From contig JAUCBJ010009134.1 of assembly GCA_032718475.1 (NCBI GenBank), positions 1-64,000 on the forward strand: a DNA stretch of 64,000 bases, read 5' to 3'. A program made the position numbers and the translations under genes. Position 1 is the first letter of the stretch, and every line of letters starts with the position of its first letter. The DNA is from Nemertoderma westbladi. Lineage: Eukaryota; Animalia; Xenacoelomorpha. Shown here in pieces: positions 60,703-64,000 of the stretch. Under the pieces are notes generated by a model. That model saw nothing but the letters and a program-made list of their open reading frames with translations, was not told the origin of the DNA and made no database searches.

Positions 60703-62264
60703 CCCATTGCGAATCGTTGGTATTCATTAAAATGAACCCAGGGGAGACTGACCGGGTGACAATTTCCAGATAGCTTTTCATATTATTTGTTTTTTGCACT
60801 TCTAGATAGTTACCATTTTAGTTTCCAGAGCAATGGAAATTGTCTATCATTTAACAATTTTTAATACCAATTTTGCTGGTACAATATAGAGAGCTTATTT
60901 ATACAACTTCTCTACTAAATGGATGGATGTAACCTCGCCCATCGGATTAATTGACCTCAAAAACACTTATCCCCAAAAAATGTATTTGTTATGTACTATA
61001 AACTGATTTGATTTTTAAACAAAAACAAATAATTAATTACACCTAAAATCAATAGAGCAATCACAAATAATTATATTATGTGAAAAATCTTCGCTAACAT
61101 TAATTGAAATTATGAAATTTTCTTGAAGTGAAATTGTATAATTTTTTTACACCAGTAACAATGCCCATAATCCAGGAACTCAAACTGATCCCGGTGCCGG
61201 TACCGAGGAGGTTGTCTTTGTGTTTGGGGACTACAACCCCTCCCCTGTATCATAAACTCATCTACTCTCCACACAAAGGAAACTCTACCACGATCCGGAG
61301 ATTCTATCGGTTACTACAAAGTCGCGGTTTCTACAGACGGGAACCACATTGCATCGGGATCTGGGAGTGGGAAGCACCAGTTGGAGGGTAGTAGTCGAGG
61401 TACCGGGAAGGGAGTTAGTGGTTGGTGGGAGGGTGGGTGAATGGAGGGAGGGAATAGATATAAATCCCTCCAACTGGGACGTCATTGCAACATGTGGGTT
61501 CAACGGGGGGGGGGGGGGGGGGGGATTTCATTAATATCAATAACTGGTAGGAACTATAAGGTTACAAACTGGGAGAACTATATAAGGTTACTACTAACTG
61601 GGAGGGGCATTCTGGGCGGGTTTACTGTATTCGGTTCAACTCGAACTGGTCCCAGTTGGCCAGCTGTTCGAGTGATAGTACAGTGAAAGTTTGGCGGACT
61701 GGAACCCGGGAGCTTTTGTACGGGGCACAGTGGCAGAGTGGGGGGGGGGGGTCTACAGGCTGGGTTGGGGACCGGGTGGGGAGTCTGTGGTGTCGGTAGG
61801 TGGGGGAGGGAGGATCGATCGCTTTGTTGTTGGTACAGGGGAGACCTTGTGGAGACAGGGTCCTGAGGATCGTAGGCATATGAATGGCCTCAAAGGATGG
61901 GAGCCGCATCAAAGCTGTGGATTTCTGTAAAGATAAACGGCATATTATTACAGGTAATTAATATACTAATATAATAGGCCTCCTTTATTACAACAGTTAC
62001 ATTAATTAATTAGGAAGAGGGCCTAATTTAGTACTGTAACTGTACTATCGTAAGTAATAATCAATAGGGCTTATATCACTTAAATGAATTCATTACATTA
62101 ATTATTTTTCTCTAAATCAATTTAATTTATTTAATAATCTACTTACCGATATTATTTTTTGTTTTGTATTAAACAGTTTTGTATTAAATTTTGTATATTT
62201 TGTAAACTATTTGTATATTTTTCTGTGGTTCCAAACAGCCAACGGTTTGATTGGATGAAATTAG

Positions 62265-62475
62265 CTATTGCCCCATGGACAAATTTCCCCCAGGACAATT
62301 GCCCCCAGGACAATTGCCCCCTGGACAATTGCCTCCAGAACAATTACCCCCAGACAATTGCCCCCGAACAATTGTCTCGCGATCACAATTGCCCCCGATG
62401 TCATTTGCCAACCAAGGACAATTGCCCCCCGGACTATTGCCCCCAGGAGTATTGCCCCCGGACAATAGCCCCCAG
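62265..62475. repeat. 15-bp tandem repeat (GGACAATTGCCCCCN), likely a subterminal array of a DNA transposon
   Basis: About 12 degenerate units such as ggacaattgccccca and ggactattgccccca. Confidence 0.85.
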
Positions 62476-63020
62476 ATATTTTATTTAATGAATATATTTT
62501 AAATCTTGAAATCCTTTGAATGTTATCCTATAGTTTTATTCATATCCTATAGTTAAATTCAAGTAATATTAACCTTGAGCAACACTTCTAAACTTCAATT
62601 TTTTTTTAGAAAAATCCAAGATTTTTTTTAGAACAATTTGATTTGATCACAATTTCTAAACTTATTAACTTTTGTGTTTTTAAAAATATGCACAATTTTT
62701 TTTCTATAATAATTTGATTGTCTTTATGCTAGCTATAGATTTATATTTACTATAATTTCATATATTCTTGAAGTTATTGAAATTGTTATTTGAAAAAGTT
62801 ATTGTCCATTGAAATTATTATAATGGAAAATTTACTTTCCATTTTTTATATAGGCCTACCGGTAACAGGTTTTACTTGACCATTTTTTATTCAATCAGGT
62901 TACAGCCTGATTGATCCCACCATCTAGACGAAATTCCAATTCACTGTATACCTGGACCATCGCTAGACAATACATACGATTATGCAAGTTTGCATTGCCC
63001 CAATATGACTCAGGTATCCC

Positions 63021-63932
63021 AGGTTTAATTAATAGGCAGCTTGAGATCGCCTCCATGGCCACATACTACCTGTCCACCACCACCACCAATTCCAGTTAGT
63101 TTAACATGTGGACCTACTTTGTCATTTGATATTTTGTTCCAAAAACCCCTGGATTGTACAATTTCATTGAAAAATTATAATCTCTATTAATTCATTAAAT
63201 ATTACAAATTAGTTACAATTGTCTTCTATTTTTACTCTTCTATCTATTATATTTAAATTATTTAGGTCAACGCGTTGGTTCTGCGATGTGGCGGATGATC
63301 TTGATCGCGATGTGGTGGAGATTCCGGATCAACCAAGGGTGCAGTTCTCTGTGGTTGCCACGGCTGCGGGCTGGGGGATTTCAGCCCAAAATCTCAAGCA
63401 GCACGAGGTGGACTACATGTCTCTAAGAACAGCGAAGTATTCTCGGCAGTGGCTTTTTCGTATGGGAGGGCTGCAATCATTCACAGCATATTTGCACCTC
63501 ATAGGCTCAAAATTTCAACCCCCTCGGCTGCTTGGGATCCGTCAAGATATTGTTGAAATTTATTTTGCCTTAATTTTATTTGGCAACTTCTGTGGATCAG
63601 TAGAACACTAAAATCGAAAAAGAAGTGAAAAACGCACTGCCCTATTATATAGGCCTACCATACTGCCATATTAACTTAGGGCCTATAGGCCTAATACTGT
63701 AATACCGTACTGAATATATTATGTATTATAGTAATATATCAATATAAGTAGTACCGGTACCGGTAGGCTACAGGGCTATAAAAATTATTAACTACAGTTT
63801 AAGTACAGTACTTTCCTGTCTGACCATGATACTGTAATATGTCTAATAAGCTAAGCTTTGATTTATTATATACGGTACTGGCTTTTTTATATTATTTTAT
63901 CAGTTTTTTTTTAATTTCATACATTACAGCAG
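63021..63932 (-). repeat. Repeat block, inverted copy of 49801-50558
   Basis: aaaaacgcactgccctattatataggcctaccatactgccatattaacttagggc is the reverse complement of ~50057-50111. Confidence 0.9.
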
Positions 63933-64000
63933 TACCAGTCTTGCAGTATCAGATATTTTTGAAGTTATTTAATTTCCCTTGAAATTATTATAGGCCTAGG

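Noticed and set aside
62159-62502. Collagen-like or repetitive protein ORFs (GQLPP, RTIAP)
   Set aside because: Open in several frames on both strands only because the 15-bp repeat lacks stop codons.

Overview
AT-rich eukaryotic DNA, most likely an invertebrate animal. No intact host gene is recognisable; the window is a dense, nested graveyard of mobile elements. Families seen: Helitron Rep-Hel and Pif1 remnants, pogo/Tigger, Tc1/mariner, Merlin, piggyBac (with introns), hAT (two decayed, one intact hATm-type with TIRs and TSD), Sola2, a Kolobok-type element, RTEX, RTE and CRE non-LTR retrotransposons, LTR-element fragments, tRNA-derived SINEs, MITEs and minisatellites. There is also a decayed fibrinogen-domain gene and a 2.36-kb duplication next to a 100-N assembly gap. 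The most notable feature is a ~3.75-kb endogenous non-retroviral element (about 37285-41035, + strand). It is a frameshifted L (RNA-dependent RNA polymerase) gene of a divergent Mononegavirales-like negative-strand RNA virus, joined directly to the 3' coding part of a piggyBac transposase. All family assignments come from motifs recognised by eye; no database search was run.
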